Assembly: GCF_016432865.1 (NCBI RefSeq)
Contig: NC_067401.1
Span: 185,318,001 to 185,382,000, forward strand
Length of the DNA: 64,000 bases
Direction: 5' to 3'
DNA from: Antechinus flavipes
Lineage: Eukaryota
Shown here: piece after piece, positions 11,401 to 24,181 of the stretch
Layout: every line of letters starts with the position of its first letter
Position numbering within the stretch: position 1 is the first letter of the stretch
Made by a program: the position numbers and the translations under genes
The notes under the pieces: model-generated
What the model was told of the DNA's origin: nothing
The model's input: only the letters and a program-made list of their open reading frames with translations
The model's database searches: none

Positions 11401-14400
11401 TTTGGAAACAAAGTTAGTGAACCAAATGACCCTCTGGTCAGCTGAACTGGCTTCTCCTTGTCCTTGCCCTTTTTTCCCTCTGTTCATATTCTCTACCTGA
11501 TGCTAGGTGAGGCCTGAGGCATTCAAGTTCTTGGGGGAAGAAATAGTATTTAGGGGTGGAGTGAGTGATATTAAGCTGCAAGGGTCTGAATTCCTGAAAA
11601 GAATTAGAGTTTCAAATATTATGGTTAGAAAAACCTCACTGTAATTATGGATGGTATTTCTCCCTAATCTAAGTGGTCAAGGAATGATTGGTTTACATTA
11701 ATAAATAAGGATGGATAGCTTTTATGAATAACTTAAGAGCAGGGATCCATTTTTGAAAAGAGCAAACAAGTACCTGTCTTCTGCCATGCCCTCTTTCCCC
11801 ATTCTGAGGAATCTTGCTTAAAGAATTTTCCAGAACAGCTGACGTTGTCTTAATGAACAGAAGCTCAAAGATATTTTATATGTATAATAAGCCAAGGCAG
11901 GTGTGAAGTCCTAATGAGTTTACAGAGGTATTTTTTAGTTATAAAGGTTAGAATAGAAGAAGAGGTTATTGAAATAGAATGGTATGGAAGGAACATAAAA
12001 GAATGACAGTGGGCCATTTAGGAAAGGATTCTGGATTGGAAAAAGAAATTATGCAACTAGGGGAAAGGATGTAAGAAAGGGAAAGGAGATTTTGCATATT
12101 TACAATTTTTTCAGATTAGATTTTAGTTTATTATATAAATGTTAGATGCCATTGTTATTAAATATCATTTACTTTGAGAATTAGTAAAGTTCTAGAGAAA
12201 AATTGGGAACCACATTACTTATCCTAAAAGGAAATAGAAGGTGATTTTGCACTAATTAAACTTTAGATTCTCAGTATAAAGAGAACTAATAGTATAATAG
12301 AAAAATCCAAAATGGTGTTGATAGTTATGGTGGGGGAATAGGCAGAGAAAAGTGTTTATTCTTTAGGATGATTTCTACCCTTATCCCATCTGCCCCCCAA
12401 GCCCAGTTCCTTTTTAAGGAAGAGAGGAGAGAAATAAACATAGATTAAATGCCTACTACATGCCAAACACTTTGCTTTAATAATAGCAACTAACATTTAT
12501 ATCTTTATGTGCTAGGCATGCTTTACACATGTTGGCTCATTTCATCTTCACAACCACTCTAGGAAGTAGATACTATTATCCCCCTTTTTAAAGTTGAAAC
12601 TAAAGCATATGAAGCCAAGTAACTTAACTCAGGTTTACACGGCTAATAAATGTCTGAAGCTGGATTGGAACTCGGATCTTTCCAGGCCCATTGGTCTATT
12701 TTGTACTACCTAGATGCAATAAAATTTTTAGAGTACATTCATTATATGAAGATGGGAAAAGTGGAAACAGATAGTTGGACAGATGATTATAGTCACCTCA
12801 GTTTAGAGCATTATCTCTATCTACTCTTATTTGGGTAGGGATACTTTATTAAGTTAGAAATAGTTCTTTGCTAGAACATTCATCACTTTCCTTTTGTTAT
12901 CTTATTTTTATACCCAAGTGCCCCACTTCTCTAAATCCTTATCCTTTCCCCTTATAGTGTCCTGTCTTCTCCCATCCCCGTTTCTTCTTAAGACCAAGGC
13001 ATCTACTCCCCAAGGGCAATATGGGAATGACAGGTTTCCTCAAATCTGTTCTGCATGAAGAGGAGGCAGACCTTTGTCTCCTCTCTGTTCCAGGACATCG
13101 TCTTGTCTTTGAGGATAATTCTTAGTTTTAGTTAATGCTTTTTGGTATTTTAATTGGATTGTAGCAGGCTATTGAGCAGAAAATTGAAGAATTGAGGGGG
13201 GTTGGGGTTTCTGGGATCCAGAAGGAAGTCCACTACAGCTCTGAAATTCCCTATGGAAAGAGGTTCACCAACCTCAGGTTACCAAATTATTCCATTCTCC
13301 TCCCCCAATCCCTACCCTTTTTTCTTGTTCTAGTGGTTTGCCTTTTTCCAAGTGTCTCCCCATCCCTTAAAAAACAGACACACTTTTCTTAGAATATGAA
13401 TGTGTGTCTCTTACCCCTCTCCTGACTCACCTCACCCAGATTGCTTCTGTCCCCCAGAACTCAGGTTTCCTGCTTCCAGCCTGCCCCTTATTCCCTTCTG
13501 GAGTTCTGAGCTGATGGTAAATCTCCATTTTCTTTCTCACCTTACTCCGCTACCCACTGTAGGGTTTTGTGAAGGATGTCCATGAAGACTCAGTTACAAT
13601 CTTCTTTGAGAACAAGTAAGACCTGGGGAAAGAAAATCCAGGATGTCTAGTTTTCAGAGAGGGTTCCAGGGGGTGGAAGCTAACAGAGGAGAACTGATCC
13701 TAAAAGGATTGCTTTGGGGAGGAGAGCAAAGAGTTAGGTATGTAGTCCCAGGAAAGGAGCAAGGATTACAACTAGAGGGTGGAGGGGTGGGATAATGGAT
13801 AAAAGAAATATTGGGTTCCATTTGAAAGAGCCAGGGATTATGGAGTAGGAATTGAGATAAAATCTTCTAATTCTGAAGGAATGGAAAGCAGGGGGAATTG
13901 CTCTGGGAGTATTCCCATTTGGGGAACTTTCATCAGTATTAGGCTCTTCACACACTGTCCCATTTACAGCTGGCAGAGTGAGAGACAGATCCCCTTTGGG
14001 GATGTTCGACTACCACCACCCACTGACTACAGCAAGGAGATCACAGAAGGGGATGAGGTAGAGGTAAGAGCACTAAAGTTACTTAAAGTAAGATACAGAT
14101 AACTTTCTTTTCTCTCCTCCCCTGTCAGCTTACCTCTACTCTACCCCACCCCACTTTACTGTCTTTTACTTGTCTCTTTGTCCCAGTTATCATTCATCTA
14201 AGAGCCTGGATACCCCTTTATGTGTTAGATTTGTTCAAAGTGTTCTCCTTCTCCTTCACCATTGTTAGTTAAGTGAAGAATGATAAGGAGAGTGTCTGTC
14301 TTGACTGAAAATATCTGCAAAAGAAGGAACCCCCAGGTGGTTTTAATTTCCTATCTTAAGCTCTCCTGCTGCCTAAGGTCTTGTGAATTTCCTGCTGTAG

Positions 14401-17400
14401 TTTCCCTGTTGTTCTGATATTTCACATTTTATGACAGAGTTCTTTTTCAGTTAAAAATTCCATAGATAATAGAGAAGTTTCATGGCTTCTTATCCATTCT
14501 GATTAGCAGCTGTCATCTCTGCTTTCTTTTACTCTTGGTTTAGAGGGGTTCTACTTTTTTTGTGGTTACTGGGCAATTTCCAAGACCACCTCTATTTTCT
14601 TCTCTAATTTCCTCTAGGTTTATTCCCGAGCCAATGAACAGGAGCCTTGTGGTTGGTGGCTGGCAAGGGTTCGAATGATGAAGGGAGATGTGAGTGATCT
14701 TGGAGGGTTTGGGAGTGGCTCAGGTAGTATTGGAACTGAGGGTACAAAGTTAGGAGGAAGCAGCGTTTGAGGATGATTGTGGGGATTTGATTCCACATGT
14801 TCTAAGGTTGCTCTCTTATTTCATCCCATCAGTTCTATGTCATAGAATATGCAGCTTGTGATGCCACCTACAATGAGATTGTGACTCTGGAACGGCTCCG
14901 ACCTGTCAATCCCAGTCCTCTGGCTACCAAAGGCAGTTTTTTCAAGGTTACCATGGCGGTTCCTGAGGATCTGAGAGAAGCGTGAGTGTCAAGGCTCTCC
15001 ACAGAGGTGGTATCCCTTATTCATGACTCTTCCCATGGCCACCTCACTCCTTACCTTCCTTTTTTCCAGCCTCCCCTTTTCTTTCCCTATTCCTACCCCA
15101 TTTTCTACTTTATATCCCCATCCATTTTCTCCTATTAGTTAAAATAATTTTCCTGGTTACTCCCTTTCTGTCCCCCTGAACTATCTGAAAGTTTCTCACT
15201 TCTCCCTAGCTGCTCCAATGAGAATGTCCATAAAGAATTCAAGAAGGCTTTAGGAGCCAACTGTATCTTCCTAAACATCACTAACAGTGAGCTCTTTATT
15301 CTGGTAAGCATGTTTACCCATGCCTTTAGTTTTCCTCTCCTTTGTACCTCTGATTCTTAGCAGAGAAAGAGGGACCTAAGGGAATTTTTTAATATTTTTA
15401 ATCAAAGGACAGAATATTCTACTTGCTTGCTCTTGATCATGATTTTTTTTCTTGGGAATGAGGGTTCTTACCCACCAGAGTCCAAAATAGCATAGGACAA
15501 AGGGTAGGTTTTCAGCACCTGACAATTCCCTTGAATCTCCAAGTGTAATTTAAAAATGTAGCCTTCATTCTTTTTTCTAAGACTACCCTGTTCCCATCCA
15601 ATTAATTAAACATTTGTTGAATGCTTTCTTTGTGCCAAATGCTAGGACCACAAATGAAGTCCCTGTTTGTGTAAGCACAAAGCTTATACTTTAATGATCC
15701 AAGTCTTAGAAAACGATTCCCTTCTGTGCCTTGAAATTACATCTTATTTTCCCCATTTGTCCTTCTATTCCTCTATTTCTTTTAGATACCCAGATAGCTT
15801 CATAAACTCCCATCTTCCCTGAGGACCCAAGTATCCTAGTGCCCAACTCTTATCTTCACTTCTATGTGGAATGGGGAGGGAGGGGGGAGAATAGTTAACT
15901 TCTCTTCCCACTTAGTCAACAACAGAAGCTCCTATAAAACGGGCATCCTTGCTGGGTGACATGCATTTCCGAAGCCTCCGAACCAAACTGCTGCTCATGT
16001 CCAGAAATGAAGAGGCCACCAAGCATTTAGAGGTGAGTTCTGATCTTGTTTCCCCCTATTGGAAGGTCCCTCCCCCTCTTAGAACACTTAGTTCAGCTCC
16101 TGTTGAACCAGTTCACTTGAACATGGGTTCACTTGATTTAATTCAGTTATATCCCATCAATTCATGTCATAAAAAATGTTGGGATCCTTTAGGATACCTA
16201 CATTGTAGTCCTTGTTGTTTCATTTGCCTTCTTTTTAATAGTTACCCCATATATTTATTTGGCCCATTGTTGTTTATGCTTTCATATACATATACATTTT
16301 ATTTTCACAGTGACAAGTATTTGATTGGCGATATTATCTTTTTTTTTTTTTTTTGAGAAAGTTTAGGCCCAGAGAAATTGTGACTTGTCCAAAGTATTCA
16401 GTTCATTTTACATTTTGTAAATGAGGTTAAATTGTTAACTTTCTGGAAAAGAGTAGCATCTTTAGTCTCATTTTTTCCTTTTCACTATTATATACTCATT
16501 CTTCTTAAGCTTTTTGTCCTGGTTTTTTTAAATACATGGCTCTTCCTGTTCTATATCCACTTTCTCTGTTAACTTCAGTAGGTTGCTCTAGAGAAACTCT
16601 TAACATACGTGTATTATTTGAGCATCCTGTAATTTGGGTTTGGAGTAGAGATCATCTTTTTATAAGAATTTCTGATTTCTGGATTCAATTTTAGCTTCAC
16701 ATCTTAGTAAATCCCTGTAGGGGACTTAAGGACTGGATGCCTTGCATATCCAAGACTTTCCCTTCTCTAGCATTTTCTTTTCCTTTAGGCCTATTTGCAA
16801 TGCTTTTTGATAAAGTTTCAGCTCCTTTCCTATAGGAAATGAGCTTTTTTGGAACCTACTGTTGAAGCTATCTTTTCCTACCTTTCTTTTTTTCCTAACT
16901 ATGGTTTATTCCCACAGACTCCTTGCTGTCTTCTTCAAGAATTAGGCAGCCTGTCTTTGACTTCTTCTCAGGCTCTAATTAGGAGTTGAACAACTTCTTT
17001 TTATCTTGAGATTCCCTTTAATCCTTCCTCGGTTGTTTGGAGTTTGTTGTAAGGAAAAGACTGTAGTGTTTGAAAAAGTGTAAAGTGACATTTGAATGGT
17101 ATTTTATGCTTTTGCTTATTTCAAAGGGCTATCTATCATATATCTTTGTGATATGAGCTTTATAAGAATTTTCCTCTGAGATAGGTAGGGCAGCAATCAT
17201 TTCATAAATGTAATTTGAAGTTGAGATATTGTGGTTTGTCCAAAGTAACAAAGCTTAGCAGTATCAGAAATCAGAAAACTTTTTTACCACTTGATTACTA
17301 GATTACCATGAATTTCTAAGCTTTGGCAAGGAAATGTGTCACAAGAGTGAGTGGCCACTAGAAGTTATTGTTTTATTCTTTTTAACTCATTCTTTTCCAT

Positions 17401-20400
17401 GGTCCCTGGTGGTCTTAATCACATAGAGAGAGGAACCTTTGGTCATGTACTGTCCTGAGCTTTAGAAAGGTCCTAGCTGACTTCGTCTTTTCTTCCAGAC
17501 AAGCAAGCAGCTAGCAGCAGCATTCCAGGAAGAATTCACAGTACGTGAGGACCTAATGGGACTAGCAATTGGGACTCATGGTGCCAATATCCAACAGGCC
17601 CGAAAAGTGCCTGGGGTGACAGCCATTGAACTGGGCGAGGAAACTTGCACCTTTCGAATCTATGGGGAGGTCAGTACTGGGAGTCCTGAGGGGTGAAATA
17701 GAAAATATACTGGAATTCGTCCTCCTTTTTTTGGATTTAGTATTAGCACATTTCCTTTAAAACAGGGTGGTGGAAGGAAAGAAAGCTTAAATTTTGAGGG
17801 CTTAGGCCCTGGTGTCCAGTAATTATCTTTCCTCTCTTTCTTTAGACACCTGAGGCATGCCGGCAGGCCCGAAGCTACCTTGAATTCTCTGAAGACTCTG
17901 TCCAAGTGCCCCGGAATCTGGTTGGTGAGTCTATATAGCCAGTGATCAGGATGAAGCAGGAGAAAGGAGGAATTAAAAGTGTAGAGTTGAGAACCAGTGG
18001 GAGAAGAGGTAGAGAATGGGAGATGTGGAGGATGTTAAACAACTGGATATCTAAGAAGGAACTTAGTAGGCTTCTGCTGGATTGAGGACTGGACAAGCAG
18101 AGACTGTAACAGGAATGATAGAAGAATTCCAAGGATATCGGGTGGTTTTCATCTTGAATGAAATAAACCTCTTACAAAGTAAAGAACTGTCTATTATCTT
18201 CTTCATCCTTTAACAGGCAAAGTAATTGGGAAGAATGGGAAAGTGATCCAGGAGATTGTAGATAAATCTGGTGTGGTGAGAGTTCGAGTGGAAGGTGATA
18301 ATGACAAGAAGAATCCCAGGGAGGAGGTATTACTGAAAAATAGTTCTTTGGTTTTCCTGGGGAAGATGGGTAGGAGCAAGGTCTTAAGGACAAGAACTTT
18401 TGTATGGCAGGGGCAAGGATAAGTTTTGCTGAAGATAGGTCCCCAATATGTAAACTTATGTGAAGATGAGGGAAACAGGTTTGCTCACGTTTGCTTTCTC
18501 CTTATTGATCCATTTCTTCCTGTCAGGGAATGGTTCCTTTCATATTTGTTGGCACCCGGGAAAATATCAGCAATGCGCAGGCTCTCCTGGAATATCACCT
18601 CTCTTACTTGCAGGTATTAGGATTATCTCCATGGGAGGGAAAGAGATCCTGAGTGTCTTGAAGAGAATTGAAACTTTTAGGAAAGCTGGGATCTATGAAA
18701 ACTGTCTCTGAAGAGAACAGGGCTAATGGGCAGAACTGGTTACCTGATTTGTTCACATTTAGGATCTGTCCTTTAGGTTTTTTAATTTTTTGCTAAATTA
18801 TTATTTAGAGAGGTTTGGTGGTATGCAGTTTCAGCAGAGGACTCTTATTAAATTTTTCTCCTTTCTCTGGCTCCAAATAATTTTTTCCCACTTTCCCAAT
18901 CAGGAGGTAGAACAGCTTCGTTTAGAAAGGCTACAGATTGATGAACAGCTTCGGCAGATTGGGCTGGGCTTCCGTACCCCTGGAAGTGGCCGAGGGAGCA
19001 GTGGTGGTGACAAAACTGGCTATGCTACGGATGAAAGTTCTTCCTCTTCCCTCCATGCTACTAGAACTTATGGGGGTCGTGGCCGTGGCCGTAGGACAGG
19101 AAGTTCTGGCTATGGTGAGATTGTGATGTATGGCTAAAGAGGGAGGAGACAAGTTAGGTAGTGGAAGGAGAATAAATTGTATGCAAAGGCTTTTTCTGTG
19201 GGACTACATATTTTTTGGTAGGGAGAAACCGAATTGACTTCTGTTCCCTAGGCCCTGGTTCAGACCTGTCTACTGCTTCTGAAACGGAATCTGAGAAACG
19301 AGAAGAGCCTGATAGACCCGGACATAGTGACCAAGATGCCTCTAGCCGAGCTGAAGAAGGTCGTAGAAGACCAATGGGGGGTCGAGGTCGAGGGTCCAAT
19401 CCTACACCTCGGCTTCCCACAAAGTACAGCACATCTTCCATTAGCTCAGGTACTGAGGGAACAACCTAATATTCATCTGAGTCTTGGAAGGAAATGGGAT
19501 AGGAACTGATAATGGAGAGCCAAATACCAAACCCTCTTCTAACTTCCTAGTCCTGAAGGATCCTGACAGTAACCCCTACAGCCTGCTGGACACATCAGAA
19601 CCAGAACCCCCAGTTGACTCTGAACCTGGAGAGCCACCTCCTGCTAGTGCCCGGCGCCGAAGATCTCGCCGTCGCCGCACAGATGATGATAGGACCATAA
19701 TAGATGGAGGACTGGAGTCTGATGGGCCTAACCTGGCTGAAAATGGTCTAGGTGAGCAGGATTTTCTGGGTCACTAAAATAAATGGGACTTGGGAACCTG
19801 GGTGCCTCCATTTTCTGAATATCTTTATCACTACTCTTCCCTACAGAAGAGGAATCAAAACCCCAACGACGTAACCGAAGCCGTAGAAGGCGAAACCGTG
19901 GTAACCGGGCAGATGGCTCTATCAGTAGAGACCGGCAACCAGGTGAATAGCCAAGATTTCTTCCTTAGACTTGAGAGTGGGACTTGAGTTGTGATGATAA
20001 AGGATTTAGGTAGAATTAGAAGGCTGGGGGATAGACATTAGATCCCTTCTTCTCACAGTGACAGTGGCAGATTACATTTCCCGGGCAGAATCTCAAAGCC
20101 GGCAGAGGCAGCCCCCTGAACCCACTCATGTTCCTTCCGAGGATTCCCTCTCAGGACCAAAGGTAGATGTATTGGTGCTTTCTTCTTCCTCCTGTCCTAA
20201 ACCCCCAATTCCCATCCCACCTTGCCCCAAGCTTTGTCTTTACTGTTGCATTGGGGAAGAGAAGCCCTGGTTTTTTTTTTTTCCTGATAGATGGGGTGGA
20301 GGGGTAGGGTGGTAAAGCAGAAGTGTGAGTTCACAGGGCTTGCCTCTTTGGGAGTTGGTAAAGTAAAAAAGGAAAGGACTCTCATCACTTTTTTTCTCTT

Positions 20401-20503
20401 CCTTCCCCTCCAGGGTGTCGGCAAGCTTCCTAAAGGCCCCTCTGAAAATGGGGAGCTCTCTGCCTCCTTGGAGCTGGGCAGCTTGGTGAATGGAGTCTCA
20501 TAA
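8211..20503 (+). CDS. FXR2: FMR1 autosomal homolog 2 (Agenet/Tudor x2, KH x2, RG-rich C-terminus), 668 aa
   Basis: Exons 8211-8291, 13563-13615, 13970-14063, 14618-14689, 14833-14981, 15210-15303, 15916-16032, 17499-17669, 17846-17924, 18217-18326, 18527-18613, 18904-19114, 19252-19449, 19551-19751, 19847-19942, 20059-20162, 20414-20503. All GT-AG, total 2007 nt, in frame. [27 protein letters not shown]...[18 protein letters not shown]...[10 protein letters not shown] matches FXR2. AATAAA at 21083-21088. Confidence 0.97.
12440..12720. mobile_element. Ancient L2/MIR fragments in FXR2 intron 1
   Basis: TTAAATGCCTACTACATGCCA (L2 3' end) followed by MIR-like TACTATTATCCCC...GAAACTAAAGCA...AACTTAACTCAGGTTTACAC...GGATTGGAACTC. 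Confidence 0.6.
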
Positions 20504-22609
20504 AAGTCCCTCCACTCTTCCCTGTATCTCTCCCCTCCCATCTTGCTTGCTACCCAACAAGCCCTTCCTGACCCGCATTGGAGCTGCTCTTGTCTAAGGG
20601 GGGAGGGAACAGTGGCCACACTGTGGGTTTTCCCCACCCCCCAGGGGCTTGGGGGTGGGTGGGATGGTGTGCTTGTTACAGGGTCACCCTCCCCTCTTTG
20701 TCCTCTGTCTACCCACCCTATGGTGAGGGGAGCCTCCCCCCCATCAGACTGGATGTGCCTTTTATCCTTTAATGCCCCAATCTCTCCTTGGCCCCCTAAT
20801 TCTCTCCCTGGCCTGTTTGTGGGGAGGGTCGTCTTGTACCCACCCAAATGTGATGGTTTGGAGGATTCCCTTGGCACCCCTTCTCATCCTGTCCCCCCCT
20901 CTCTGGGCCTCATCACTGTGGAGGATGGGGGTGGTGTCATTGGGTGGGAGGCATGGGATGGGGGGGTTTGAAGCAGGGGTAGGGGCCTACTAAGGTCTCT
21001 GGGGGTGGGAAGTAGGGGGGCAGACTTTGTCTGGCTAATGAGAAGGTGTATTTATTTTTCACTGTACAGTATTTAAAAAGAGAATAAAAAAATCCAAATG
21101 GCTCCCTTCTTTCCTCCCAGTCTTGTTTCTCACATGCAGCCACATTGTTCCCTTAATTATTTCCCCTTGTCCATGTTGCACCCAACTCAGCCTTATCACC
21201 ATTTGGGCAACTATCTCTAGAGCACCTTAACTCTGGAATTGATGCCTTTTCTTTTCACCCTTCCCTAAGTCAGCACGGAGCTACCCAAGTGTCCCCACCC
21301 AACGTTACTGCTTACTTACTTTGCCTTAGCCTACTGTGACTCAGGGATGCCCCTCCCTAGCAGTTGAGATTTGGGGTTAAAGTTTAATCAGCTTAGTTTG
21401 TCTTGGAGTCCCCTAGGCCCAGAATTGGGCCCTGAAGATTGCACGCAAAGTGAGGTGTTTTCCCGATGGTGCACCTGATCACATTTTTTCTCCGAAGCTT
21501 TAGACTCCAATAATGGTTCTGCTGCTCCAGTGGCCAAATTTCCTCTTCCCCAGCTCCCCTGCAGTTTGAGAATGTTTGAGAATGCAGTTTGAGAAAGGAT
21601 CAGAAATGTAAGGTGTAAGGTTAAGGATAATCCTCAGCACCAGAAAAAGTCACAGCTTGAACACCTGCCAGGATGACTCGGGAAGAGAAATTACCTTAAA
21701 ATTTCCCCTCCAAAACTTCCCCAGACAGTCTGGGTCGGAGAATCCTGAAACGAGCCAAGCTGAGGAAGCAAGCTTGACTTGTACTCCTTTTCTAGAGCTT
21801 AATTTCACTTGCTATTTCTGCTTTAAGGGAGTTCTAGACCTAAAATTACTTTGAGGACAAATTCCAGGGGTGCTGGGAAGGTGAGTCTTCTGGAATAGAT
21901 CTAAGGTTAGGAAGAGAAGCTCAGAGGACAAAGAAATGGGGGTCTGGAAAACAGTAAACCTGCGCTGAGAGGCGGGGAAAACGGAGGTGGAGGGTGGGAT
22001 CAGGCTTTAAAAAAACTTACCGGGTTTGACCAGCCTACTCCTGTCACTTGCGGCCCCCCCCCCCACCTCCCCATCCCCTTTCCGTCCCCTACTCCCCCAC
22101 CCCCCCAAGGTGATAGGAGTGAGTAAGTAGGTATTCTCGGAAATAAGCAGATACCGAGAAGACCAATGACTGCAGGAAGCCAGTTGCTCTAGAGCCCGTG
22201 AAGCGTACCTTCATACCTTTTCGAATTACGTCTTGAAAGGTTGGGAGGGGTGGAGACCCTGGACTTGGGGGAGATTCCGAAGAAAAGCTGTGGAGGGAGA
22301 GAACCCAGCTACCTGCCAGTACCCAACACTAGCTCTCGACTCTGCAAGATTTTAAATCCTGCTGAGTGGCCATACATAATTAAGGACGACGAATCTGGGG
22401 ACAAGGTAGCACAGATTCTTTTTCTATTTTCGTTTGGGGAGGTGGAGAAGGGTATTGGAGCCCTCCTTGAGGATTGAAAGATTATTTAGGATTCTCATAT
22501 CAGATTTGGGATAATCTGACCTTTCTAGACACCAGATCCAAGAGCATTTCCGAGGCTCCTTCCTATCTGCCCCTCCTCTCGAGCTAAAAGGCTTCATGGC
22601 CCTGCACCC

Positions 22610-24181
22610 ATGGCTTTCGCGTCTTCCACTTCCCGTCCCTTGGAGCCCGAGAGTCCAGGGATTCCCGGGGATATTCCCACGAAGGTGAAGCGGCCCATGA
22701 ACGCATTCATGGTGTGGTGCTCAGGCTAGTGTCGCCAGATGGCGCAGCTTCACCTCAAGATGCACAACCCGGAAATCTCCAAGAGCTTGGGCACACAATC
22801 GAAACTGCTGCGGGAGGCGGAGTAGCGGCTCCGCGCGCTGCACTTGGCGCGACTATCCCGACTATAAGTACTAGCCGCGCCGCAATACCAAGAACATCAA
22901 ACCGAGCCATGGAGGGCTGAAACTACCCAGGGCAAACGGGAGCAGCGGTGGAGGACTAGGGACTTCGGCTTAGCCCCATTACCCTACTTCTTATCTGATA
23001 GAAGACTGCGGGTGAGTGATGACCAGGGATGGAGGTAGAGGAAGAAGGACGAGAGACTTCTATACTTTCCTAGAGGACCACTGTGCCTTGGGAGAGGGTC
23101 GAGATAAAGGTTGGGGAAGGATAATTGAGCGCACGTTCCCAAAATTCGATCTAAGTTGGGCGGTAAGAGAGCTGTCAGCCACAGAAATCAGCAGCAGTGG
23201 ACCATCTAAATAGGAAGGCTCAGGGCTTCCATCCAAGCTCCCGGGTTAATGGCAAAATCGGTGACGACCTAGAACCTGGGTTGGGAGTGAATTAGCGAGG
23301 ATCTAAAGAGAGGAGCAGGATTCGAGGACACAGTGCCTCATCGCAGAGCTCAACTAGTGCGGTCAGTCACCTTTGTGTCTCTGCCAAATTAATATCCTTA
23401 TATCCTAAGTACCGATTCTGGGTAGTTGTGTAGCAAAGGCCCTATCTTCTGTCTGGGTTGCATCCAGAATGAGACTAGGAAACAAGCTTTTCTCCTCACT
23501 GTTTTCAAACCCCATCAACTTTCACATTGTCAAGAGTCCTGTCCTTTAGCTACCCCAACTCCCTCTCTCATCCCCTTGTGCAGAGTTTGCAAACCTTTCT
23601 CCAGGTCCTTTCTGGGAAAGAAAAACAACTGGGGAACATACATGCCAAATGATGTTGCTATGCCACAAAAGGACAAAAGGAGTCTAAGCCACTAGATGTC
23701 CCTGTCCCATTGATAGAACAAGCAGGGTCTGGATATCCAGGCTACAGACTGAGCCAGAAATAACCTGCTGCTCCTCCTCTTTGTTTGTCCCAAACAGGTC
23801 TAACTAGAAAGCTGAGGAATGTGACTCAGGAAATCTACCTTCACACACTCTCTCTTAGACAGGGAATGACAGAGAACTCTGGGTTTGAGAGAGCAGTCAG
23901 GCATCAGGAATCTAGGGACCTCAGGAGATTATGGATGTCAAATTAGAGACATGGGATTGAGGGGGAGAGAAACCCAGGTTCTTCTCACATTTCCCCTTTT
24001 CTTTCCTCACAGAATTCATCACTGTAAGCCGAAAGCCCCCTCCCTCTGTTCCCTTCCTCTTGGAGCTTCACTCCAAGGGGAGCTCTTGAATCCATACAAC
24101 CCTTATTCCCTTGGCCCCACCTGTTACTATCCTCCTCTCTTGGGTCCCACCCCTAATCCATTAAAACACTTTAGGATCTAG
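22610..24181 (+). pseudogene. SOX15: SOX15 unitary pseudogene (disrupted HMG box), 2 exons
   Basis: Exon 1 22610-23011 reads MAF...[53 protein letters not shown](+1)RDYPDYKY*PRR. Stops at 22727, 22823 and 22872; extra G at 22847; 24-bp deletion of PFVEEAKR. Donor GTGAGT at 23012. Exon 2 24013-24181 (IHHCKPKAPSLCSLP...LQGELL...YYPPLLG) resembles the SOX15 C-terminus. Syntenic position between FXR2 and MPDU1. Confidence 0.9.

Noticed and set aside
20197-20877. 226-aa minus-strand ORF and overlapping plus ORFs at the FXR2 3' end
   Set aside because: Antisense to the last FXR2 exon and GC-rich 3' UTR, low complexity, no family motif; expected by chance at this composition.
21560-21597. Short tandem GTTTGAGAAT x3 between FXR2 and SOX15
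   Set aside because: Too short and unspaced to be more than a slippage duplication.
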